A stretch of DNA of 43,306 nucleotides from a virus (Duplodnaviria > Heunggongvirae > Uroviricota > Caudoviricetes). Shown here in pieces: positions 1 through 10,429 of the stretch (the stretch's first letter is position 1; every line of letters starts with the position of its first letter). The notes under the pieces are model-generated. The model was not told the DNA's origin and searched no databases. It saw only the letters and a list, made by a program, of their open reading frames with translations. Made by a program: the position numbers and the translations under genes. The stretch is from the IMG/VR virus record IMGVR_UViG_3300025133_000025, one strand, 5' to 3'.

Positions 1-279
1 CTTGATGAAATCTGCTTTATTCTCTAAGTGAAGTCCCGCTATTGTTGCTTCACCACTATTTCGTGAGCCATAATGAAGATTTGGATCGATTCTATAAAGA
101 GAATACGCATCATATCCTGTATCACGAAAAATAACAATATTGCGGGTCTTAAATGTATCAGGGTCTGGCACGTTAAGAACTGCCAGAACTTCAGGCGCAT
201 CTAACTCAGCTGTTCTGTCGCCTCTATTGACACTGATCTCACAGACCTCTTTTCGCTTGCCTGCTGACAAATTAATCAT
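1..279 (-). CDS. Hypothetical protein, 5' part only; the gene continues past the window start
   Basis: The minus-strand frame is open from the ATG at 279-277 down to position 1 (MINLSAGKRKEVCEISVNRGDRTAELDAPEVLAVLNVPDPDTFKTRNIVIFRDTGYDAYSLYRIDPNLHYGSRNSGEATIAGLHLENKADFIK...). The ATG overlaps the TGA of the upstream gene (ATGA coupling). Confidence 0.4.
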   Translation of the reverse strand, partial: MINLSAGKRKEVCEISVNRGDRTAELDAPEVLAVLNVPDPDTFKTRNIVIFRDTGYDAYSLYRIDPNLHYGSRNSGEATIAGLHLENKADFIK

Positions 280-608
280 GTGGCTCCCACTAAGACTATG
301 TCAGTCAGCAGTGCTGAAGACCTATTTCCAGCTGCATCAATTCCAACAATTGAAAATTGCAAGGCATGACCAATCTGTGCGCCCTCATCAACATAGCGCA
401 TGCTGTCTCCTGACGAGATGATTGAGCCCGCGTATTGGAAATATTTATGCCCCAAATTGAAATTCCGCTTGTGAATCTCATACATTACAAAACGCTTATC
501 ATGTACTTCAATTATAACGATAGCTTCAACTGCTGATTCATCTTTCACACTTACAATTGGTGTCAATGTTGCGAGTGCAAGGAGATGCGCTGACGATTTC
601 TGGATCAT
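276..608 (-). CDS. Hypothetical protein, distal end of the tail/baseplate module
   Basis: 110-aa ORF, co-directional with and tightly packed against its neighbours (4-nt overlap with the next gene). Confidence 0.45.
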   Translation of the reverse strand: MIQKSSAHLLALATLTPIVSVKDESAVEAIVIIEVHDKRFVMYEIHKRNFNLGHKYFQYAGSIISSGDSMRYVDEGAQIGHALQFSIVGIDAAGNRSSALLTDIVLVGAT

Positions 609-1336
609 TCTAACTCAAACTCGATCATTTCTACGTCATTATAAACAACACGAAAAACAGTATCACTCACCCTTTTCAACGTATAAATATCGCCGTTGGC
701 CATGCTTACTGTGTTATTTAGCTCAAGTCTAATAAATTGTTCAACAGTGTCGCCTGCGCCAGGTGACGATTCAGCCCCAAGTACGCGCTTGAAGACTTTT
801 ATGACAAATCCACCAGCAGGATCGTAGTAATGTGGAATAATATCAACTACCTGTTCTGCTACAGAATCGCGTGAAAACTCAATAAGATCGTTTGCCAATT
901 CAACATCAGCAACCTGATCAACCTCTGCATGCTGGCTGAAGAGTATTCCTGAATGTAAACCCTTTTGAAGATCAACGACACGACGGGTAGTACTTCCTCC
1001 AAGATGAATCTCATTAAACTCTGTTGTTACATTGTTACTTACACCGATGGAGCCTGACTGGATTTGTGCCATGTTGGACGAATCATCTAGCGTGCCCAAA
1101 GGCATGTCATGCGCTTCAAAGATCGGCGTTTCCAAGATTCTTGCTTGCGCTTCTGCTGGCAATCGTTTTCTAAGCTCAGTTTCTCCTATTGGCAAAATCT
1201 TGTCAGTATAGAATGTATAGTCAATCTCAGCATCACCAAAATTGTAAAACGAAAACTTAAGCTTACCCTGGGCGAGAAGCTCGCGGCCTCGTGCAGTTAG
1301 CTTAAAATCAATGACTTCTTGTTCAGAATTTAGCAT
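605..1336 (-). CDS. Hypothetical structural protein (tail-fibre module)
   Basis: 243-aa ORF whose start overlaps the upstream gene's stop by 1 nt; it sits inside the fibre/baseplate gene block. Confidence 0.55.
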   Translation of the reverse strand: MLNSEQEVIDFKLTARGRELLAQGKLKFSFYNFGDAEIDYTFYTDKILPIGETELRKRLPAEAQARILETPIFEAHDMPLGTLDDSSNMAQIQSGSIGVSNNVTTEFNEIHLGGSTTRRVVDLQKGLHSGILFSQHAEVDQVADVELANDLIEFSRDSVAEQVVDIIPHYYDPAGGFVIKVFKRVLGAESSPGAGDTVEQFIRLELNNTVSMANGDIYTLKRVSDTVFRVVYNDVEMIEFELE

Positions 1337-2661
1337 TACGCTCCTGTAACTACAGCGGCTGGAACTGCCATGGCAAATTCCCGGGCGGCGGTCGGATCAA
1401 TATCAGCTGGAGCACTCAACTTGTGATGAAAAATAGCATGAACTTTAATAGCAAGTGAATTTGCCGACGCGTATCCAGAATTACCAAGGCCCTGATCAAG
1501 TGCTCCAGTTGCTACAAGACTGAGACGCATATTGTTTCCAAAGTCGTTATCTTCATCGTCATTGAACGTGAAGTTAAACATGAAACGCGGTTCTTTTGTG
1601 ATATAATCTGCTACCGAGGAGATCGACACATTCGGCACTGCACCATTTCCAGATCCACTTATTGTCCACCTCTTTATTGCAAGCACACTTCCAAGGTTAT
1701 CTGCGCGCTGGCGTTGATTTGATACATCAACTGCACCACTAGTTTCTAGAATAACGTTAGCATCAAACCACTCATGCCCCCTTGAGGGCCTTTGTTGTAC
1801 TGCGATGCCGATGCCCAACCAATTAATCGGACTTGCGGCAAGGCCATTGTTGACAGTGACATTTTCACCATTGTCAAGCAATTCAACAAACACTGACATG
1901 CCAGCGTACTGCGCTGCATCAAAATCGCGGGTCGGAAGAGGACGATCATCAGGAAGTGTAACGTAAGATGATACGTCTGTGTTTGTCTTTCCACTATACA
2001 AAAGCAACTTGTAATCAGTTTTTCCGCCGACTTGTGTAACAGGCGAAATAATTGGCGAAGATGAAACAGTCGTTCCAGTCCACATGGCATATTGCATAGT
2101 TCCTCGCGCGGAACCAAAATCAACGCGGCGCCAACCTGTCTCACCAATGAATTGTGATGGTAAAACCTGCGCTGACGATTGCAATACACCCTTATAATAA
2201 AAATTCTGATAGTCTTTCGTAGACGACGATACAAGCAGGCCTATTCCTGAATCTAGTTCTTGAAACTCATCTGTTCCCAGTGGGCCACGCTTAAAGAGAT
2301 TTACTGAGTTTAAGGAAATCTCCTGAAACTCGACGGTGTACTCTTCTGGTCCACCTAGATAGTCTGTCGTTGAAAAGATGGGCCTTTCGGCACTTCCTGT
2401 GTCAATACTTTGAACTACAGTTGATGGCCCAGGAAAATTGTCGTTCCTATGCTGCCTCTCAAATTGCGGCATCCCAGATGCATTTCCGAATCCTGGGGTT
2501 GCAATTTGTTGTGATGAATTTGCTGTCCCATCCTTAACAGGAAATGGTGTCAACGTAACAGTTATATTTTCTTCTGCTTGCACAGCTGGTGCAACGGCAA
2601 CCTCAGCGTTCTGTGCTACAAAATAATCAGCTGACGCGCTATAAAATGTAGTTCTTGCCAT
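1336..2661 (-). CDS. Putative tail-fibre / fibre-associated structural protein
   Basis: 441-aa ORF rich in Ser/Thr/Gly/Asn, immediately downstream of the large fibre gene; the overlapping +/- ORFs at 1746-2234 and 2438-2626 are nested and rejected. Confidence 0.5.
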   Translation of the reverse strand: MARTTFYSASADYFVAQNAEVAVAPAVQAEENITVTLTPFPVKDGTANSSQQIATPGFGNASGMPQFERQHRNDNFPGPSTVVQSIDTGSAERPIFSTTDYLGGPEEYTVEFQEISLNSVNLFKRGPLGTDEFQELDSGIGLLVSSSTKDYQNFYYKGVLQSSAQVLPSQFIGETGWRRVDFGSARGTMQYAMWTGTTVSSSPIISPVTQVGGKTDYKLLLYSGKTNTDVSSYVTLPDDRPLPTRDFDAAQYAGMSVFVELLDNGENVTVNNGLAASPINWLGIGIAVQQRPSRGHEWFDANVILETSGAVDVSNQRQRADNLGSVLAIKRWTISGSGNGAVPNVSISSVADYITKEPRFMFNFTFNDDEDNDFGNNMRLSLVATGALDQGLGNSGYASANSLAIKVHAIFHHKLSAPADIDPTAAREFAMAVPAAVVTGA

Positions 2662-5600
2662 TATGTCACCGTGAAGAATGTTTCAATTACTGCTTCAATG
2701 ACGTTCGATGAAGCCAAGTAATCTTCACCAGCATCTAGTTCAGCAAGATAAGTATCATTAAATGTTGTACTTCCATCAGGTCTAAAAATCGCTGGTCGGC
2801 GCTGCACTTTCTGCCTGTTGAGAGGGTGGTTCTCAATAGTGAATGCAATTTCACTAAAGTTTGCTAGCGCTGGAATCAATTGTGAAACAAGCCTTGAAAA
2901 TGTTGCATCAATAACACGATATGCATTCATGAAATATTCGAATGAAATTGCCTGACGAAGACGAGCTCCTCCTACACGCTTGAAATAAATTGCGCGATAC
3001 TCTTCTAAATCGCTGTAGTCAGCCCACCATTTCATAACAGGCCTGCCGATTGTTCTATTGAAATCTTCAAAATCTACAAACAGATTCAGCAGCTCTTCAG
3101 AGAGTTCATCAACCATATTCATTTCAACAGTTACAAGCGGAACATCACCAAACTGCTCTTCATCATCAAGCTCTGTTAGATCACCAATATCATTACGAAT
3201 TCGTGTTTTGAATTGTGTATCAAGCAGACCCACACTTGTTCCGTAGGGAAAATATTCTATTTCACGATATTGTGCAATAGATGATTTGCCTGGAATCTGC
3301 CAAGTGTGCTGACTGCCAGTTACAATATCAAAGATTGTACTTCCTGTGTCATAAAGTTGTGCATGTAAACTAAGCAATTCATAACTTGATGTTACGTTTG
3401 TTGAACCAAAACTTTTATAGTTTGATGCGTGTGTAAATGACTCTTGTAGAGAAACAGATTTTTCCCAAACACGAACCTCATGAAAATAACCCTCTGAAGA
3501 TGTTAGCACAATCTTGGCAGGATTAACGACAGGACCTAGGATTAGCTCATCAGTGTCTCTCATAAAAAATGAGTCCGTGGCCGAGTATGTTCCTGTTACA
3601 TGCGCTGTTCTTTCAACCTCACCTCGACGAACAGTGTGTACTGTCAGATAATCTTCACTTCCTGTCAAGAACTCTGTTCCACCTCGACCATGTGTAATAT
3701 GCACATAGGTATCATCACCAAATAAACGAATTGTTGGTGTCGAAAATGATTCAGATCCAGATGTAAAGTGCAATTTTCCATAACTTGATGTCAGTGAACT
3801 TGACATTCTTGTTGTATAGATTCTTGGTAGCAGAGGATCTGGATTTCCTGAGGACTTCAATTCAACATTCCAAATTGAAGCAGTTACAATTGACGCAGTA
3901 GACGGGAAGTGCCCAATAACTTCAAGCGCAAAACCATCAGTGGCATTTACTTGTGGAAAGAATTCGCTGGCACCCGTATTGTCAAAGTGCGCCTGCCACT
4001 CTTGTGAAGAAGAAATATATGGGATTAACTTTGTGTCACGCATACGCAACGAGCCAGATCCGATCTGGGTTGGATTAACAACATATTCCTTAATGCGAAC
4101 AAGAGACTCATCAACACCAAAAACGTTTAAAACTTTACGCAGTGCTTCTCTTGTTCCTTTGCTTTTGTGAATGCCCGGTTGCGCGTTGTAGAGGCGCCTA
4201 AGAAATTCCTCACGAACTTTAACAGGCGTTAACGGCGCTTCAATACACGATGTTGCATCAATTCCGTAGAGTTGCTCTTCTGCAGAGAGTGTTAAGAACT
4301 GAAAGGCAGTATCGATACCATTTACGCGAAGCATTTCTGACAGCATCTCTGCTGGAATACGATTAAATCCCGTCAGTCTATCATTTTCCAATGCAGTCAT
4401 GCCATCAATGGCTGCTTTTGCTTCATCAAACATTTGGCCAATTGTGAATAAGAAATCACGCATTGCGTCTTGTGCAAAATCTTGATCATCTTGTAGATGA
4501 AGGACATGGTCTGTTATGCCTGACCCTGACGCATTATTTCCATAATCGCTAACAACGCTGCGCACAATATCATCAGTTACTAGATGCGCTGGCAACAATC
4601 GTGTAATGAGATTTGGATTTCGTGAATCGTAAATCGTTCCTGACGTAATTAAGGCGTCAGCAAAATCAACAACCTGTCTATTCTGCACAAACATAACAGG
4701 CGTTGGCACTTCATAATTTAGTAACGATGAGCTAGCGGCAACAAGTTGTAGGCCATCAAAAACAGTATCTGTAGTAGTTACAACTTTTGCATTAGACGTG
4801 AAGACGTATTCGCCTGTTCGATTATTTGCTGCATATGAAGTAAAAGCTCCGTGGTTTTCATTTCCTGAATAATCAGCAACAATTTGGTCAAATCCGGAAG
4901 TTCCAGTAATCCCCTCATTAAAGCGGTAATAAAGTGTTAATCCAGGTTGCGCAAAGATGTTTACATTATATGAGCATGACATCTCAGACAGGGGGCGCGC
5001 ATAATTAAAAATTCGAATTTCATCAAGTGATCCAGAAAACCCGAAATTTGAAAAACCAGCCGGAAATGAGCCTGCAAGACTTCCAGAGGCAATCTCAAGT
5101 GCTCCGCCAATATTATTGATATCTCCAAAGAAATCTGGCTCAACAGTCTTCGTTGCTTTTTTAACACCATCTACATAAATCGCTATTTCATTTGCGTTTC
5201 TGGAGAAAACAGCGTGTGTATAAAAAGAATCAATTGTGGGTGTATGCGTCACACTCTTTAAGAAAGATCCTGACACAACAGTGAATTCAAGCTCACCACT
5301 TGTTGTAGTAAGTGACCACCCCATATTATCTGACTGCGTTAGGTGCGAAATAATCTTTTTCTGCGCAGCAGATTGTATTCTTGATACTGCAACACCAACC
5401 GTTAAAGAACCTGTCCCGATGTAACCTGCAGTGCCAGACGCTTCATAGTTATTTACAGTTACTTGATCATTTTCATGAAAGTGCGCAATTCCTGCAAACT
5501 TTGGATATTTTTGATAAATATGCTCTTGATATTGTGATGAACTTGCGTGAAATTTCTCAATATCGACTGCAGAACCAAGAACAGGATATCGATTTAGTAT

Positions 5601-5777
5601 TCGTGCAATTCCAACATCTACCTGATGTGCAGCTGAACCAAAGAACACAAATTGACTATAGGACTCAAAATCAACATCGAAACTTGCTGTTAGCGCGCGA
5701 GCGTCGCGAATTGCCAATGATGTCACATTATGAACAGAACCTGTTACAGTGCTAAGCGTTCCATATATTGTTGACAT
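2661..5777 (-). CDS. Large tail fibre / baseplate-attached protein with a LamG (concanavalin-A-like lectin) domain
   Basis: 1038-aa ORF. The motif GSLDEIRIFNYARPLSEM matches the LamG/Laminin_G_3 signature (xLDEVRIYNRALS). Long beta-rich Ser/Thr/Gly composition is typical of fibres. Confidence 0.6.
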   Translation of the reverse strand: MSTIYGTLSTVTGSVHNVTSLAIRDARALTASFDVDFESYSQFVFFGSAAHQVDVGIARILNRYPVLGSAVDIEKFHASSSQYQEHIYQKYPKFAGIAHFHENDQVTVNNYEASGTAGYIGTGSLTVGVAVSRIQSAAQKKIISHLTQSDNMGWSLTTTSGELEFTVVSGSFLKSVTHTPTIDSFYTHAVFSRNANEIAIYVDGVKKATKTVEPDFFGDINNIGGALEIASGSLAGSFPAGFSNFGFSGSLDEIRIFNYARPLSEMSCSYNVNIFAQPGLTLYYRFNEGITGTSGFDQIVADYSGNENHGAFTSYAANNRTGEYVFTSNAKVVTTTDTVFDGLQLVAASSSLLNYEVPTPVMFVQNRQVVDFADALITSGTIYDSRNPNLITRLLPAHLVTDDIVRSVVSDYGNNASGSGITDHVLHLQDDQDFAQDAMRDFLFTIGQMFDEAKAAIDGMTALENDRLTGFNRIPAEMLSEMLRVNGIDTAFQFLTLSAEEQLYGIDATSCIEAPLTPVKVREEFLRRLYNAQPGIHKSKGTREALRKVLNVFGVDESLVRIKEYVVNPTQIGSGSLRMRDTKLIPYISSSQEWQAHFDNTGASEFFPQVNATDGFALEVIGHFPSTASIVTASIWNVELKSSGNPDPLLPRIYTTRMSSSLTSSYGKLHFTSGSESFSTPTIRLFGDDTYVHITHGRGGTEFLTGSEDYLTVHTVRRGEVERTAHVTGTYSATDSFFMRDTDELILGPVVNPAKIVLTSSEGYFHEVRVWEKSVSLQESFTHASNYKSFGSTNVTSSYELLSLHAQLYDTGSTIFDIVTGSQHTWQIPGKSSIAQYREIEYFPYGTSVGLLDTQFKTRIRNDIGDLTELDDEEQFGDVPLVTVEMNMVDELSEELLNLFVDFEDFNRTIGRPVMKWWADYSDLEEYRAIYFKRVGGARLRQAISFEYFMNAYRVIDATFSRLVSQLIPALANFSEIAFTIENHPLNRQKVQRRPAIFRPDGSTTFNDTYLAELDAGEDYLASSNVIEAVIETFFTVT

Positions 5778-7252
5778 TAGTCACTTACCTTAAAAACAAA
5801 GCTGTCTTTAAGAATACGCCTGTAGCCATTCTCATCAAGCAAAAATTCAATCCTATATGCATTTCCAGGAATAAGCATTGACATATGCAATTCTAAGAAG
5901 TTGGTTGCACCATCATAGCTCAACTTTGTATACTCTTCACTTGAGCCTGTGTAAAATGGAACGATGATTGTGCCTGAATCGGCCTCCTTGATTCTCCAAT
6001 AAGCTTTTTCAAGATAGTTATTCTTTATGCCAGCTGACCCAGTTGATTGTACAGAGGGTTTCCAGTTATCTTGTCGCGCAATAATGTTAATACGGGCATA
6101 CTCAGCTGCACCATACCACTTTCTCATATTTGTTGCTTCAAGTGCATACTCAACTGGATTAATGGTTGCAGTAAAATTCTCAATAGAGCCAGTAAATGCA
6201 GATCCTGTAAAAAACAATGTCGCAGATGGGTCTGGAGCAAGTAAGCCGTGACTACCAGAGAACCAAACTTCATGCAGAATGTTTCCTGTGGTTGCACTTC
6301 TAATAGCTGACGATGTCATTGTTGTTTGCCAATTATAAACACCTGGGCGCACATAAGAACCTGTGAAAAACGCCACGTGCTGTCCATTAAGTGCGTCCTT
6401 TAGCTGGACTTTTACATCTTTCAGCACAGAGCCTGTTGCTAGATTAGTTAATTGCCCTCTTACAATGTTATAACCATAAACTGTTGATGATTCATCAAAC
6501 AAAAAATCGTCACGTTGATCACGAATATTAGTTTCAAAACGCGCCTCAACATAAGGGCGTCGATCAAGGAAATGTGTAGTACGACTATGAAACTTCTTCA
6601 TGTAAAGTGAAGTTGAATTTGCAGCCTCTTGTGACGCTGTAATCTTTAGAAGTAATCCGTTATTTGGAATATTTCCAGACAGCCAATTGTTCACAATTTC
6701 TGTCACATCAATTTCTAGATTTTCATTTCCAATATCAAAAAACTGCGATCCAGATCCATAGTAGTCTGGATCGCCAGGGTTGCTAGTGTAGTAATCACCT
6801 CCATCCGCAACCCAATCAAGTGTTGTTGAGGCTGTTCCCCAATTAGCAACACCCGGATCACCAAGGGTGTCGTTATCAAAACCTGCACCCTCAACCCAAA
6901 TTTTACTTGAACCAGCTGATGAAGAAACTGGAAAAACCTTTAATGTGAACTGCTCTGCTTGTTGGTTGCCATGCGGAGCGTCAGTCATCTTAAGAAAATA
7001 TTTTACACCAATGCCTGTGGAAGGCAGTAGTTCGTCATCAATTAAATCCTGAAATGGTTGATGATTTAGATACACAAGCGCCCTCGCCCGCTCTTCACCT
7101 TGTGAACCTGTTCTGTAGAAGACATCAATTATCTCAGATCTGCCCAAGTTAGAGCCTGTTGCACGTGTAGATCTACCTTGCCTATACGGCTTTGGATCCA
7201 TAAATGCATCAGTAATAGACGTGTCGCGATCAAAAAATTTTCTAAACAGCAT
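5777..7252 (-). CDS. Baseplate / tail-fibre-associated protein (gpI-like position)
   Basis: 491-aa ORF directly downstream of the Baseplate-J-like gene, the position held by gpI in P2-like baseplate operons; no motif recognised. Confidence 0.45.
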   Translation of the reverse strand: MLFRKFFDRDTSITDAFMDPKPYRQGRSTRATGSNLGRSEIIDVFYRTGSQGEERARALVYLNHQPFQDLIDDELLPSTGIGVKYFLKMTDAPHGNQQAEQFTLKVFPVSSSAGSSKIWVEGAGFDNDTLGDPGVANWGTASTTLDWVADGGDYYTSNPGDPDYYGSGSQFFDIGNENLEIDVTEIVNNWLSGNIPNNGLLLKITASQEAANSTSLYMKKFHSRTTHFLDRRPYVEARFETNIRDQRDDFLFDESSTVYGYNIVRGQLTNLATGSVLKDVKVQLKDALNGQHVAFFTGSYVRPGVYNWQTTMTSSAIRSATTGNILHEVWFSGSHGLLAPDPSATLFFTGSAFTGSIENFTATINPVEYALEATNMRKWYGAAEYARINIIARQDNWKPSVQSTGSAGIKNNYLEKAYWRIKEADSGTIIVPFYTGSSEEYTKLSYDGATNFLELHMSMLIPGNAYRIEFLLDENGYRRILKDSFVFKVSD

Positions 7253-9060
7253 TATCGCACGACTCCTCTAACATCTGTTTCATCAAACTTAATCTCAAGT
7301 AATGAATTAGCAGGTACATGAATTATACCACCATGCGTAACACTTTGAATTGACAATGCATCACGTGAATATTCACGACCCTCAATTGTACCTGCCAGAT
7401 TGCGAAGATTAACAGATGCGACTGCAAGCGTGCCGGGCATTCCTGCAAGGATTCCTATAATATTTGATAGAATAACATTCTGCCCCATTTGCCATCTTGA
7501 AGTGTCAAAATAATCAAGCACGCGTTGAATTGCTGACGCCAGGAGCGCATTTTTATTAACGCCGGATCGTGCTACAAGCTCAAAATCAACACCAACGTTA
7601 ACGATTTTGCCATCAAGAATATCGATTCCTGACGAAAGCATCTTATATTTGCTAATGTACTTTTTCAGATTTTCTTTCAATGCTGGTGTTGGTACTACCA
7701 GCGTTCCTGCTGCATCTTTTGAGATTGCCCACAAAGAAACTGAATTTCTATTGCCTTCATTTTGCGCTGCCCGAGCACGAAAAACAGAACCAAGTGAGGC
7801 AGGCATTGACATTGCTCTTACAACAAAATCTTCAGAAGTAACAACGCGATCTTGTGCTGCTTGATGCGCAGGAATCATACGTGCAAGTTCATTAATTGTT
7901 AAGCCGTCATCGCCTCCAATGATTGGCTTTGCATTTTGGACAGAAACAGAATTTTTTACAGTTGTAATAATTGTTGCATCGTAAAAAGGATCAGGCATCT
8001 CAATATCAAGTGAAACTGGACTCTGTAATTGGCCAGCTCCAATATTTGAATTAAACCCTCCACCAACTCTATATTGCACCGTCAATGTTGTATTTGCTGG
8101 ACCAACTCCAAAACTTGTTGTTTGAAGAAAGTTTTGTGGATCTATAGAAACGCTTGGAAATTGTGTCCTACCCGCTAGTGGTAATGCAAGCTCATTGACA
8201 TCTGGAATAATTACTTGATCAAACCTTGAGCCATCAGCACCACCAAATGTTAGCTTAGTTAGCTTAGTTAATGGATCATACTCCTTCATGAATCTACGGG
8301 GTGCGCGCACTAATTTAAGCACACTTGGCACTGTTGCAGAATCTGCCCCTACATTTTGTTCAATAACAAAAACCATATCCTGCGAAAGATTTTCAACTTC
8401 ATAAAAGCGGTTGCCGGCAGAATCAAAAACATCAATTATATCAGTTACATTCAAGTCTTGCAGTGTTATTTGATGAAATTTCTTGAAAGAACCAATAATA
8501 TGCTGCTTTTTAACAGTTTTTCCTGCTACACAAGGTACATTTTGCTTAAGAACGATCAAATCTGTGAATGATCCAACAGCAGCTGGTAAAATCTTTCTGT
8601 TAACTGAATTGGCAAAATCGCAGTTTTCAACTGTTTCTACGCTTGATCCTGCCCCAGAAAACCGAGATCCTGCCCTCAGATTCATTAAAAGGTTAGGAAC
8701 GGGCACAATTTCACCATCTATGACTGTGGATGGTACAATAATGGCAATATCAATGAAGCCAGACGCAGCTGCACCTGGTCGAATAGAATAGCCTTGTCGG
8801 CGACCCATATTAATCACGTTTTTAGCTTCGCGAGCAGCAAGAGTGCGTTCACGTACCTGATGATCGATATAGAAATTTAACACATCGGTTGCTGTCGCCA
8901 TTAATTCAATCAGCATCATACCTGACGAGGCTTCATTGAAGTCTTGGTACGTCTCGGGGAAATTCTGCCGAATATACTCAATCAGGCGGGCGCGTGTTTG
9001 ATCAAAATCACGATCTAAATATTTTACGCCTACAGGAAGATTGTCATCATTTACAGTCAT
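7252..9060 (-). CDS. Baseplate wedge protein, Baseplate_J / gp6-like
   Basis: 602-aa ORF immediately downstream of the gp25/GpW-like gene (W-J order as in P2/T4). The N-terminal region (DFDQTRARLIEYIRQNFPETY...ELMATATDVLNFYID) resembles Baseplate_J N-termini. Confidence 0.5.
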   Translation of the reverse strand: MTVNDDNLPVGVKYLDRDFDQTRARLIEYIRQNFPETYQDFNEASSGMMLIELMATATDVLNFYIDHQVRERTLAAREAKNVINMGRRQGYSIRPGAAASGFIDIAIIVPSTVIDGEIVPVPNLLMNLRAGSRFSGAGSSVETVENCDFANSVNRKILPAAVGSFTDLIVLKQNVPCVAGKTVKKQHIIGSFKKFHQITLQDLNVTDIIDVFDSAGNRFYEVENLSQDMVFVIEQNVGADSATVPSVLKLVRAPRRFMKEYDPLTKLTKLTFGGADGSRFDQVIIPDVNELALPLAGRTQFPSVSIDPQNFLQTTSFGVGPANTTLTVQYRVGGGFNSNIGAGQLQSPVSLDIEMPDPFYDATIITTVKNSVSVQNAKPIIGGDDGLTINELARMIPAHQAAQDRVVTSEDFVVRAMSMPASLGSVFRARAAQNEGNRNSVSLWAISKDAAGTLVVPTPALKENLKKYISKYKMLSSGIDILDGKIVNVGVDFELVARSGVNKNALLASAIQRVLDYFDTSRWQMGQNVILSNIIGILAGMPGTLAVASVNLRNLAGTIEGREYSRDALSIQSVTHGGIIHVPANSLLEIKFDETDVRGVVR

Positions 9061-9458
9061 AGCTTCACTGTTACCTCATCGAAGATGTTATTGTTGAATG
9101 TATATGTAAAGCGCACAAAAACTTTCATCTCATTAGCGAGAAGATCAGGCTCTTCATCTTTTGTTGTGATTCTTAAGTCAACAATGGAAACGAATGACAT
9201 ATATTTCCCAACAGATGATTTGATGCGATCTGCAACATTCAACTTCATATCCTGCGTCATTTGCTCAAATAAGAGGCCGCGGATGCCGGCGCCGAAATCA
9301 GTGAACATCAATCGTTCACCTGGGTTTGTTAGAAGTAAGTTGATGATATTATCACGAACTGCAGAGCGTGAATCACGATTCATCGCAAAATATGAACCAT
9401 CACCTGTACGTTGGAATGGAAGCTTGAAATTTAACCCTGGAATGTTTCGCCTTGCCAT
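9057..9458 (-). CDS. Baseplate wedge protein gp25 / GpW family
   Basis: 133 aa. The motif VRDNIINLLLTNPGERLMFTDFGAGIRGLLFEQ matches the GPW_gp25 signature (xNIxxILxTxPGERxMxPxFGxxLxxLLFEP). Confidence 0.75.
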   Translation of the reverse strand: MARRNIPGLNFKLPFQRTGDGSYFAMNRDSRSAVRDNIINLLLTNPGERLMFTDFGAGIRGLLFEQMTQDMKLNVADRIKSSVGKYMSFVSIVDLRITTKDEEPDLLANEMKVFVRFTYTFNNNIFDEVTVKL

Positions 9459-9466
9459 GTTAGTAA

Positions 9467-10429
9467 CTAGTCAACGAATACATTTTCTGACGTGAGATTT
9501 TCAGCTGCAGTTTCTGCATTTACAATATCTGCGCTTGCAACAGGCGTTGCAATTCCAACAGCAGCACCGGTCACTGTTGTTACTTTTTGAGCGTCTAAAC
9601 GCTGGACGGCATTTATCAAGCTGTCAATGGTTGCCTTCAATTGGTTACCTAGAACAACTGGCTCTTGAGCATTCTCTGGATCAAAACCAACAGAAACTGA
9701 GTTTCCGCCAATATTAACATCACCTGCTGCAATTGCGTTTAATTGACCGCCGACCTCTGCAGTCATATCGCCATCAACTGCTAGTGCTATATCACCTTTG
9801 CATGTGATATTGATTTTTGCACCTTCTGTCTTACCAACAACAAGATTGACCTCATTGGCTACCAGAATGTTGAGTGTTCCACCATTTTCGCTATTACCAA
9901 CAACAACTGTGTAGTCACCCTCAACGACATCTTGCCTAATGCCAGCCGTGAGTGTAAGGACTTGATCCTCACCATCATCTGATATTTCTATTACAGATGT
10001 TTTCCCATCACGCTGTGCAACTCCGAGGCGCGCGTACGTCTTTCCAGCAACTTCATTCAAGTCTAGATATGCTCGTAGTTTACCATCTTTTACAAGTGTA
10101 ATTGCACCTTCTGGCTTTGCACGCAATGTAATATACTCAGTTGAAACAATAGCACCGGGCCCCTCGAGCTTATCTGTATCTGAGAAGAGATATTCCTTCA
10201 CAAGCCTATCTGTTATTAGCTTCTTCTGCTCCTCAGTTAGAAATTTCAAATCATCCTGAATTGTGATTTCAAGTTCATTAGCAATATTTCTAATAAAATC
10301 AGCAGGCTGCGCTGCTCTAAGTAATGCTATAAAGCTAGAGGCTGTTAAGTGCTCTGCAACATTTCTTGGATTGAGCGACAACTCAATCCCTTCTTCACTA
10401 ACAAGCAGGCCCTCTGCAAGAACAACCAT
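9467..10429 (-). CDS. Baseplate central spike / hub-like protein with beta-helix repeats
   Basis: 320 aa with short repetitive beta-strand segments (VVVGNSENGGTLNILVANEVNLVVGKTEGAKINITCKGDIALAVDGDMTAEVGG), typical of gpV/gp5-type spike beta-helices; it sits upstream of gp25-like, as in P2 (V-W-J). Confidence 0.45.
   Translation of the reverse strand: MVVLAEGLLVSEEGIELSLNPRNVAEHLTASSFIALLRAAQPADFIRNIANELEITIQDDLKFLTEEQKKLITDRLVKEYLFSDTDKLEGPGAIVSTEYITLRAKPEGAITLVKDGKLRAYLDLNEVAGKTYARLGVAQRDGKTSVIEISDDGEDQVLTLTAGIRQDVVEGDYTVVVGNSENGGTLNILVANEVNLVVGKTEGAKINITCKGDIALAVDGDMTAEVGGQLNAIAAGDVNIGGNSVSVGFDPENAQEPVVLGNQLKATIDSLINAVQRLDAQKVTTVTGAAVGIATPVASADIVNAETAAENLTSENVFVD

Noticed and set aside
1746-2234. 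Nested ORFs inside structural genes (1746-2234 -, 2438-2626 +, 1109-1300 +, 140-421 +, 3058-3246 +, 3940-4170 +, 5236-5755 +, 6027-6251 +, 7607-7864 +, 8356-8791 +, 9085-9495 +)
   Set aside because: They are embedded in, or antisense to, longer well-supported minus-strand genes. No RBS or motif support was found.
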